Shown here piece by piece: positions 53,969 through 61,868 of a stretch of DNA of 64,000 nucleotides (its first letter is position 1; the number at the start of each line of letters is the position of its first letter). The position numbers were made by a program, and so were the translations under genes. Source of the DNA: a virus (lineage: Duplodnaviria > Caudoviricetes); IMG/VR virus record IMGVR_UViG_3300033463_000025, positions 32,001 through 96,000 of that record, one strand, 5' to 3'. Below the pieces are notes generated by a model. That model searched no databases, had not been told where the DNA came from, and saw nothing but the letters and a program-made list of their open reading frames with translations.

Positions 53969-54281
53969 AGAGAGAACCCCTTTCTTCTGGCTTTAGTAAT
54001 ATCCATTTTACAAAAGAAAAAATTGCAACAATTAAAAGTAACAATCCAAATACCAATACCATAAATGCGTCTAATGGAAGAAAAACTATCTGAAACACAA
54101 CTCCGACAATTATTCTTGGTATCAAACGATACTTTTTATTTGATATAAAATAATATGATGATGGTAATGCAGGTGAAATAAATGTATCAATAAAAGGCGA
54201 GTGAGTCAGTTTATATATCATCATCCCGAAAAAAGCGGGAACATAAATAATAATGATTAATTCAAACAAAGTCATCAACAT
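53958..54281 (-). CDS. membrane protein inside the TNSSSSS array
   Basis: two or three hydrophobic segments. Confidence 0.6.
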   Translation of the reverse strand: MLMTLFELIIIIYVPAFFGMMIYKLTHSPFIDTFISPALPSSYYFISNKKYRLIPRIIVGVVFQIVFLPLDAFMVLVFGLLLLIVAIFSFVKWILLKPEERGSLYED

Positions 54282-54284
54282 ACC

Positions 54285-54791
54285 TCAATGATGATTATAA
54301 ACACCAACAGTAAAGCCACAACGCGGGAGAATATGATGTTCCAATTCACAACCAACAATATCATCATCGCCAAATGTTACAAGACAAACCAAATCTTTAT
54401 CTTTGATTCTTGCTTTGACTCTTTTTATCTCATCTTGAATACGTTGTTCAATTTCCGCTTTTCCTTCTTCGGTTTTGCTATATTTGTATGCCTCAATATA
54501 AGATGTTCGGTTTTCAATTTCATAGTTATGTCTGACTTCATATTCAGCGTTCCAACGATATTCCTCGTAAACTATCTCATCAATCTTTGCAACATTAAGC
54601 AAACCATTTAATTTATTCTTTAATTCTTCAATAACTGCTGGCTTATACTTTAAATAATCCTCAACAGACCAACAATCCATATAACACTCAACGCTATTCT
54701 GAACTATTTGGTCAATATCATCGCTTGAATTAAACGCTAAAATAAAACTGCTACTGCTACTATTAGTCACAAAGTCTGTGCGGATTTTCAT
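54285..54791 (-). CDS. TNSSSSS-motif protein 3
   Basis: MKIRTDFVTNSSSSSFIL; LEH and C-terminal NHH. Confidence 0.85.
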   Translation of the reverse strand: MKIRTDFVTNSSSSSFILAFNSSDDIDQIVQNSVECYMDCWSVEDYLKYKPAVIEELKNKLNGLLNVAKIDEIVYEEYRWNAEYEVRHNYEIENRTSYIEAYKYSKTEEGKAEIEQRIQDEIKRVKARIKDKDLVCLVTFGDDDIVGCELEHHILPRCGFTVGVYNHH

Positions 54792-54816
54792 TTGCAATCA
54801 ACCCCTCTTTTAAAAA

Positions 54817-55191
54817 TCAATGATGACTATAACGTGTCACGGTACAGTATAAATAAGGGAAATATTCATGTTCTAAAAATGATTCTATATCAGTATCATC
54901 TTCAATTTCAATTTTAAAAAACCTATCAAATCCCTTTTTATCAGCAAGTTTTTTAATTCGTTCTACTTCAGCATCGCAATCGCTTCTGTAGTATTCTAAC
55001 ATAGATTTTATATTGTCCGTATCAACAACATCAGAAGCAAACTCAAGCAAATGTTCTACTAAAGTATCAGCAAAATATCTATCAATACTATTTCTAATAG
55101 CATCAAATTTACTATCACATTCTTTTGAATTGTAGCCAATAATAAAACTGCTACTGCTACTATTAGTTACAAAATCTTGTCTAAATTTCAT
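54817..55191 (-). CDS. TNSSSSS-motif protein 2
   Basis: MKFRQDFVTNSSSSSFII; LEH and C-terminal SHH. Confidence 0.85.
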   Translation of the reverse strand: MKFRQDFVTNSSSSSFIIGYNSKECDSKFDAIRNSIDRYFADTLVEHLLEFASDVVDTDNIKSMLEYYRSDCDAEVERIKKLADKKGFDRFFKIEIEDDTDIESFLEHEYFPYLYCTVTRYSHH

Positions 55192-55537
55192 CTAAAATAT
55201 CTCCTAATTCATTATCATCACAATTATACGGATTGCCTGGTAAATCATCTTCATCATAATATATGTGAGAGCTGTCTACTCCAATGGCGCATAGAAAACT
55301 CTCTAAATCAAAATTATCCATTGATGTCCATGCACTAAGATAACGCCCTTCGTCAATAATAGTCCACTCATCTTCAAAATCTGCCCAACCAAAATGATAT
55401 GAACCTCTTTTAAGTAATCTCTTAGCAACCTCAATATGATTTTTGATTGCCCTAATTTGATTTTTAGTTAATCCACGCTTATCAATAATAAAGCTCGACG
55501 ATGATGAATTTGTAACAAAATCTGTTCTGATTTTCAT
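55181..55537 (-). CDS. TNSSSSS-motif protein 1
   Basis: MKIRTDFVTNSSSSSFII. Confidence 0.85.
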   Translation of the reverse strand: MKIRTDFVTNSSSSSFIIDKRGLTKNQIRAIKNHIEVAKRLLKRGSYHFGWADFEDEWTIIDEGRYLSAWTSMDNFDLESFLCAIGVDSSHIYYDEDDLPGNPYNCDDNELGDILDEI

Positions 55538-55555
55538 ATGACTACCTCATCAAAA

Positions 55556-56368
55556 TTATTTATCAAATTCTTTCCACTCTATTCTTTTTCCACAATGCCC
55601 ACAATAATTAGAATGTGACCATGACTCTATCGGATATTTACAGCAACTACATTTACCCCAAAACCATTTCCCAAATGCAGTTTGTACTGTATTCATTTCT
55701 TCTGGTGTATTATGAGATATGCGGTAACACTCTGCAATTTCTTCTGTGATATTGTTGATTTCTACTCCTGTGCGAATGTCACGAAACGGATAACTACTAT
55801 TTTTCATAAATATATCATCCTCTTTAACAGCTTTATTCCATCGGTATTTAACAGCTTTTCTTTATCCTCATTATCCATGAGCTTTGCATTAACAAGGTAA
55901 TTAACCAAAAAGCTATAATCTCTTATCAAATCTCTGGCGCAAAAGTTTAAATCTTCATATTTACCGAGAGCGTTCCTCAATGCCTGAATCTCATCATATG
56001 GGTTATCATATTCTACGCATGAACCATAATCACCCATAGAAGATTTATAAGTAAGCCTACTCATTATCTTCAACCACCATCTTAGAACGTATGCTGTACA
56101 ATCCGCATAGAGCCATTTCAAGTTTTTCAATTCTGCCACGCAAAGACCTAATCGTTTCATCTAAGTCTTTGCCATCAGCCGAATAATAATATCCACGATG
56201 ACAAGAGCAAACCGCAAAACCGTCACTTCTTGCTTCGTTTATATATTGACGAACAGTAAACTCGCTAAGTGAAAATCTGTCACCTAATTCACGACCTATG
56301 ATAGATTTGTCCTTTTCGTTGGCGTAAGTGATAATATAATTAATCAAAGGCATATATCTTTTCATCAT
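55556..56368 (-). other. three small genes: Zn finger 55556-55807, hypothetical 55804-~56064, winged-HTH 56057-~56368
   Basis: YCGHCG; IIGRELGDRFSLSEFTVRQYINEAR...GYY. Confidence 0.55.
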
Positions 56369-57426
56369 ACACAATCCTTTTCTGCATTGTTGCAAAGTAC
56401 AATTTCTCTGCAAATCGGACAGCCACCAGCACAGCAACCGCGCTTCGGGCAATTCGGACAAGAGTTAGCCAGAGAATATCTAAACTTGTTAAATACTTCT
56501 CCATCCCATGCCTCTTGAATTGTGTGGTTTCGTAGATTAACAAACCATTTAGGATTCTGATTGCCAAAACTACAGGGCATGGCGTTCATATGAGCATCAA
56601 TATACATCGAGAAGCGTCCGCCCTCGCAATAGTCGATACTGTCAAGATTGATTTTTGACGTATTGTTTACGATGCCTGCACAAGAGCAAGAATCAAAACC
56701 GATTTTGAAGTCAAATTTTCCATTGTCTATAATATCGAAAAACTCTTTCACTTTCGGATTGTCGGGCGTTAAGATGTTTTCAATCTTACCTAAACCGATA
56801 GGCTTATAAAGCAGAAAGACAATAGCGTTAATACCCTTATGGAAGCCGTTATTCTTTAAGCGGTCGATAGCATCATCAATACTCTTTGCAGATAAGACGT
56901 AATGGATGTTAGTCTTTACACCAGCCTCGATAAGAAGATTCAATGCTCTTTCGGTATAATCAGCATTGTGCTCAGATACGGCGACCGCGCCACAATACTG
57001 TTTACAAAGCTCCGCCTTTTCTTTTGTAAAAGCGATACCAGATGTAGTAAAGTTCGGTACAACTCCATACTGACGAGAGAGCTTTAAGATTTCTTCAAAG
57101 TGTTCGTGCGTATCAGGGTCGCCAGCTCCACCGAGAGCTACTTGGAACAGCTTGCCTTCTCCCTGTTTCATTATATCTTCGTAATCATCAAGGCTCATAT
57201 TCTCGCCCGTTCTGTCACAAGCCTTTTGGTAACAATCCACTTTACACTTGTGAGCACAAACGCATCTTTCCATTATGCCAATGTCAATAAGCTGTGGGAA
57301 GTTCCGCATAAACGGGTCAACGCCTGTGTCTTTTCCATCCTCAATAACACCTGTTCTCATATAAAAACCTGTGTTCGGGTCAAACTGTTCTACAAACTTG
57401 TTTTTTCTGTCAATATAAACGTTCAT
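56365..57426 (-). CDS. radical SAM/SPASM-domain protein
   Basis: CVCAHKCKVDCY, QVALGGAGDP, NFTTSG; SPASM CEGGRFSMYID...PCSF...CPNCPKRGCCAGGCP. Confidence 0.92.
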   Translation of the reverse strand: MNVYIDRKNKFVEQFDPNTGFYMRTGVIEDGKDTGVDPFMRNFPQLIDIGIMERCVCAHKCKVDCYQKACDRTGENMSLDDYEDIMKQGEGKLFQVALGGAGDPDTHEHFEEILKLSRQYGVVPNFTTSGIAFTKEKAELCKQYCGAVAVSEHNADYTERALNLLIEAGVKTNIHYVLSAKSIDDAIDRLKNNGFHKGINAIVFLLYKPIGLGKIENILTPDNPKVKEFFDIIDNGKFDFKIGFDSCSCAGIVNNTSKINLDSIDYCEGGRFSMYIDAHMNAMPCSFGNQNPKWFVNLRNHTIQEAWDGEVFNKFRYSLANSCPNCPKRGCCAGGCPICREIVLCNNAEKDCV

Positions 57427-57436
57427 AACTTACCTC

Positions 57437-58153
57437 TCAAATTTTCCATTGTTTATTTGCATTTTCAAAAATATATGTAAGGCGACGTGGCGCATATTGC
57501 CGTGTCGTCAATCCGTTAATAGCAGACTTCATATCAGCCAACATAACGGAATTAACCTTGCAATCAGAAAGCTGTCCGAGAATAAACAGCTCATCCTTAA
57601 CCTTCCGCCGAGCAATCAGGCGTTCTTTTAGCATCAAACACAGAATGTATGCTTTGTACATATCAAAGTTATTCAACTCAATAAAGTGTTCTATGTCGCT
57701 ATCTTCAAGGTCTATTTCACTTAACGCTTGTCGCAACTTTGTCTTTCGTTCTTCCGCTGTAGTGATAAAGTCAGTTAAAGAATCAACCTCTGCATTTATT
57801 CTATCAATATGAGCACTGTTCAAATCAATGTCCGATATTGATTTTATAGATAACTTTTCAGTTGGCTTTGGAATTTCTTTCTGTACTGGTGTTATCTTTT
57901 CCACTTCAGGCTTTATCTTTTTAATGGTCTGTTCATCACTACTTTCTGTCGTAAGCTCTTTAACGTGATACCTCGCTCTCAAATTCTTATTGATTGAATT
58001 TTGTAGAACGTTCTTGGCTTTATAATAATTATCCCACATCTTTGCTAACATCCAGTTATCAACAGGAATATAATTACCTTGTGCGTCTTCTCTTAGATAA
58101 TGACCATGAGAGTCAACAAGCACAAACTTTCCCAACTTTTCCACCTCTTTCAT
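57437..58153 (-). CDS. hypothetical coiled-coil protein
   Basis: DIEHFIE...RRKVKDE...YAPR. Confidence 0.6.
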   Translation of the reverse strand: MKEVEKLGKFVLVDSHGHYLREDAQGNYIPVDNWMLAKMWDNYYKAKNVLQNSINKNLRARYHVKELTTESSDEQTIKKIKPEVEKITPVQKEIPKPTEKLSIKSISDIDLNSAHIDRINAEVDSLTDFITTAEERKTKLRQALSEIDLEDSDIEHFIELNNFDMYKAYILCLMLKERLIARRKVKDELFILGQLSDCKVNSVMLADMKSAINGLTTRQYAPRRLTYIFENANKQWKI

Positions 58154-58199
58154 ATCGTTATTTTATCACTCTATTGAGTTATGTTATAAATTATTTTTT

Positions 58200-58222
58200 A
58201 TAGGGGCTGGTTAAGCCCCTAT
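58200..58222. terminator. hairpin terminator after the MrpR-like gene
   Basis: ataggggct/agcccctat stem. Confidence 0.7.
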
Positions 58223-58226
58223 AAAA

Positions 58227-59168
58227 TTACACCACGAATGTACTTAATTGTGGTAACAGATTATACATTCTCGCTGGGTTCGCACCGTAATCTCTGAGAT
58301 ACGGAATAAGTACATCATTACTACCTTCACCCGTTACAGCTTTATCAACTACGTCCTTCCCCAACTTACTTACAAGATAATCATACAATCCGCGTTGCCA
58401 CAATCTTGTAGCATTAAATCTTGTATTTGAATACGGGGTAACATCTCTTGAAAACTTAGACCGTGCTCGTAGCACTACATCTTTTAGCGGAATATCCTCA
58501 ATGCTTTCGTCCTTCTCGCTGATGAGTCCCATATAACTTTTATGCCAAGTCAGGTTATAGTATTTACGTCCTCGATATGCTGATACATAAAGCGGCGTAT
58601 AATGTTGCTTCTCAAGCAGTTCCGCCGTTCTATCCGATAAAGTAATAGTCCTTCCTAACAGTTTTATTCTCGGTAAGTCCACCATATCTTCCGTGATACT
58701 ATAAAGCTCATCAAACGATGATATTCCTTCGTAGAACAGTCTAATTGAACACTCTAAATGTTCCGCTGTGCATTTGCCAGACTTGTAGATTTCGTTAATT
58801 ACATACTCAATCTCTTTCTTGTCCAACGGCGACAAGCGTTGTTTTGCACGTTCAAACAATGCTTTTGGCGATAGCTCCGCTTTATTCCACGGATTTCGCA
58901 CAGGCTCGTAAGTGTCAATATAGTATTCAAATACCTGCTTATAGAACCATACATAGGCTCTATACGTTGTTACCGATGTGCCTGGAGGATAAGCGTCCAT
59001 CAATTCGATGCAGTCTTGAACAGTGAAGTCAATGAATTGTTTACCTAATTTTTTCTCGACTTCAAATAGTTCAGGTCGCAAATAGACGTTGCGATTTCTC
59101 CGCACAACCTCATCATTACTTTTGTCGAACACTTCATCAAATAATTGCTGAGTAGAGATAACTGCCAT
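58227..59168 (-). CDS. MrpR/YopR-like repressor (degenerate tyrosine-recombinase fold)
   Basis: EKKLGKQFIDF, NPW, RLFYEGI...ELYSI; no HxxR or catalytic Tyr box; own promoter at 59190-59218. Confidence 0.65.
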   Translation of the reverse strand: MAVISTQQLFDEVFDKSNDEVVRRNRNVYLRPELFEVEKKLGKQFIDFTVQDCIELMDAYPPGTSVTTYRAYVWFYKQVFEYYIDTYEPVRNPWNKAELSPKALFERAKQRLSPLDKKEIEYVINEIYKSGKCTAEHLECSIRLFYEGISSFDELYSITEDMVDLPRIKLLGRTITLSDRTAELLEKQHYTPLYVSAYRGRKYYNLTWHKSYMGLISEKDESIEDIPLKDVVLRARSKFSRDVTPYSNTRFNATRLWQRGLYDYLVSKLGKDVVDKAVTGEGSNDVLIPYLRDYGANPARMYNLLPQLSTFVV

Positions 59169-59243
59169 ACAAATCTCCCCTTTAATTCCATAATAACATT
59201 ATCCACAATAATTGTCAATAGATTTTTTGAATTATTCTATAAA

Positions 59244-59648
59244 TCATATCGCTTGCAAAATAGGAAATTGAATCAGCATCGCTTTCATTATTTCGCCTAC
59301 GATATTCCCTTTTACTTCTCCGATTGGCTTATCCAAATTTTCCATTGGTAATGTACTAATCTGTTCCACCAACAACGTACTTGGCACTCGCAATCCACAT
59401 TCTTTATAATTCCAAATCTCAACGTGAATCGGTAACTTCCGTTTATTCATTTTTGAAGTAATCGGGATAACATTGACAATATCGGCATAAGTGTTATTCA
59501 AATCATTGGAAAGAATAAGCACAGGTCGATAACCACTCTGTACGCTCCCCGCCTTACTCGGCAGTTTGCACAGCCAAATCTGCCCACATTTAGGCTTATC
59601 GTTTTTGCCACACATAAAACCACCTCTCTGCATTGAAATATGTAACAC
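59244..59648 (-). CDS. MazF/PemK-family endoribonuclease
   Basis: GQIW...GSVQSGYRPVLILSND.NN...PITS...LPIHV...EQI. Confidence 0.92.
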   Translation of the reverse strand: MLHISMQRGGFMCGKNDKPKCGQIWLCKLPSKAGSVQSGYRPVLILSNDLNNTYADIVNVIPITSKMNKRKLPIHVEIWNYKECGLRVPSTLLVEQISTLPMENLDKPIGEVKGNIVGEIMKAMLIQFPILQAI

Positions 59649-59759
59649 AAATGCAAATGGGTTTTATGCTCGCAATCAGCAATTATCCGTATTTACTTTT
59701 GGTAATTACACATCTCTCCTTTGGCAAAAGTAGTTTCCGTAGCATTATTGGTTTCTGTA

Positions 59760-59975
59760 TTATTCAAGATATTTTGTTTTAAGCTCAACGGGATTCGCCG
59801 CCTTTCCAAGTTTTTCCGCTTTATCATCTACCAGCTTATATAAGAAATATTGACTTCTCTCTATTTTGGAAGTAACAAAATAAGTTGTTCCGTTCGTATG
59901 GTACGTTTCCCACACAATCTCTGTCTTCGGTATTCCCTTAATGGCTTTATTCGGAATAGGGATGCCATCTATCAC
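59760..59975 (-). CDS. hypothetical protein
   Basis: 71-aa ORF between the recombinase and mazF. Confidence 0.55.
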   Translation of the reverse strand: MIDGIPIPNKAIKGIPKTEIVWETYHTNGTTYFVTSKIERSQYFLYKLVDDKAEKLGKAANPVELKTKYLE

Positions 59976-60904
59976 TTAGCTACCCCCTCGGCATAACTGA
60001 ACACATCATTGACAGCTTTAATATGAATTTGCGGGTCAGTAACATTCGCGTTCTGACATCCTGCCTGATATGCCATAGTGATAAGTTCACGCAGGTCGTT
60101 GTTATCAAGCAACATCATGGGCGAGTCTGATTCGGGTGAATAGGTTTTATCACCAAAGATATAATCCTTCCAAAAGTCACCCATATCAGAAGTGTACTTC
60201 TCTGTAGCCTCACGGTCAACGCCTGTATAGCGTCTTGTTACAGCTTCACTTGAATGATTAAAGCCACGGCTTACAATCTGCATAGCATTTGGGTCTGTCT
60301 TATGAAGCTCAATGCTGGTTTTACCAAACGTCTTTCGGGAGCTGTGTGTGCCTAAATTACGTTCGATGTTCAGCTTCTTCATAACGTCCTTCAGCGCATA
60401 CATAGCACCAGAGTAGGACAACACAGAACCTTTGTGCGTTCCAGTAAACTGATAGAACACTTCGCGCTTGTAATCGTCGGTCGCTGGGTCATAACCAACA
60501 GCACAGAGATACTTGCCAATAGCAATCTTGACAGCCTCATTGATTTTTGGGGAAGCATACTTGCCTGTTTTCTGCTCTTTGATAGCCTTCAAGTTTTCTC
60601 TGAAATTACCCGTTTGCGGATTAAAGAAATCTTCCCACGTCAGCTTGCACATATCAGAAAAGCGTCGTGCAAGGTTATAAGACGTAACAAACAGAAGATA
60701 GTGAATCCACTTGTTATTCTGTTCAAAGTATTCTACCACACGCTTAGTGTCTTCGATAGATAACTCGTGAACCTCACAGCTTTTTCCTTTACACTTACTT
60801 GCTTTCTTAGCAACTGGCGTTTCTTCATGCTGAGGGAACAGCTCAATAACATTCCCTCTTGTAACTGTATTCGGATTATAATTTACAATAGCTGGTGCTG
60901 GCAT
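59972..60904 (-). CDS. second tyrosine recombinase with intact catalytic residues
   Basis: ARRFSD, KEQKTGK, HSSRKTFG, NHSS...RRYTG; AAGGAG before ATG 60904; promoter TTGACA-N17-TATAAT at 60935-60963. Confidence 0.92.
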   Translation of the reverse strand: MPAPAIVNYNPNTVTRGNVIELFPQHEETPVAKKASKCKGKSCEVHELSIEDTKRVVEYFEQNNKWIHYLLFVTSYNLARRFSDMCKLTWEDFFNPQTGNFRENLKAIKEQKTGKYASPKINEAVKIAIGKYLCAVGYDPATDDYKREVFYQFTGTHKGSVLSYSGAMYALKDVMKKLNIERNLGTHSSRKTFGKTSIELHKTDPNAMQIVSRGFNHSSEAVTRRYTGVDREATEKYTSDMGDFWKDYIFGDKTYSPESDSPMMLLDNNDLRELITMAYQAGCQNANVTDPQIHIKAVNDVFSYAEGVAK

Positions 60905-61029
60905 ATCCTTCAGCTCCTTTCTTAGATTGACTGCATTATACCACAAGGAATAACATTTGTCAATAGGTTTATTGAGTTATTTTATAAAAAGTTTTTCACA
61001 TACATGAATCAAATTTTCCATCAAGCGAC

Positions 61030-61200
61030 TTTTAAACTAAGTTAAAAAAAACGCTATATAGATGTAATATATAATTAATTTATATAGAATACTCTATTAG
61101 TATATAATCATATCTAATATAATCATATACTATATAACCTATTATCAACTATAAGATTATTAACTAATATAATAATTATCTATTAAGTTGATAATAGGTA
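61030..61200. other. very AT-rich non-coding segment with a 14-bp inverted repeat
   Basis: ACCTATTATCAACT (61137-61150) / AGTTGATAATAGGT (61186-61199); TATAATCATAT twice. Confidence 0.6.
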
Positions 61201-61454
61201 CGTCACCTCTTTTTACAATTTTTCCGTATTTTGCAAAATTTCAGTTAAATGAAATGGCTGTTTTATTGTAGAAAGTTTACCTCCCTATCAGCTTCGCCCA
61301 CCCCTCTCGTTCCTCTGTGGCGTTCATATTTTGGTAGGGCACTCAACTTTTCCGTTCAAAGCAATTTAAAATGGAAAGTTGAAGTTCGCAAATATATGAT
61401 TATATCCTATATCATAGGATAGTTCGTTAATTCTATAACAAACTTTTTCAGCAT

Positions 61455-61488
61455 AAAAATAACAGCCCCCTCGGACACAAGGGGCTGT
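61455..61488 (-). terminator. intrinsic terminator
   Basis: acagcccc/ggggctgt stem followed by a U run on the minus strand. Confidence 0.7.
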
Positions 61489-61588
61489 CGGTGTCAAAAG
61501 ACAACAAACAAAGGAGTTAGGGGTAACTATGTTCGCTTGTTACCATCTTTGTTCATTAAGCAAATTATACACTACTACTTGCAATATG

Positions 61589-61858
61589 TCAAGTAACATC
61601 TGGCGTAGGATATTCCACGTCGAAATCACCACGAACGGCGGCGAAGGTCAAGGATGAGATATATGCGTCATTTGTTCCGTCGCCTATGGCTATATACATT
61701 CTTGTTTGCGGTCTGATAGTAAATGTCTTATCTTCATTTAGCTTGTAGCTCTTGTGAAATGTAATCACAGCATTTCTAACTTCGTTCTTATTCCGCACGA
61801 ACAAGCCTTTGCCTGTCGTACCAATGGTAATTTCCTTGTCGTTATACAAACTAATCAT
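61589..61858 (-). CDS. hypothetical protein
   Basis: RBS AGAGGTG before MISLYND. Confidence 0.55.
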   Translation of the reverse strand: MISLYNDKEITIGTTGKGLFVRNKNEVRNAVITFHKSYKLNEDKTFTIRPQTRMYIAIGDGTNDAYISSLTFAAVRGDFDVEYPTPDVT

Positions 61859-61868
61859 AGTACACCTC

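Larger units (their letters stand above)
19765..60987. promoter_or_regulatory. dispersed 17-bp motif ATTGA(C/G)TTATGTTATAA, ten or more copies, candidate repressor operator
   Basis: plus strand: 19765, 31591, 34098, 39738, 51151, 51951, 58173, 60971; minus strand: 20149-20165, 41457-41473; 0-2 mismatches, all at gene junctions or promoters. Confidence 0.75.

Noticed and set aside
43969-61267. TGAAAT-N5-TTTTAT motif at about 43969, 51242 and 61250
   Set aside because: Only three loose copies in AT-rich DNA; significance cannot be judged by eye.
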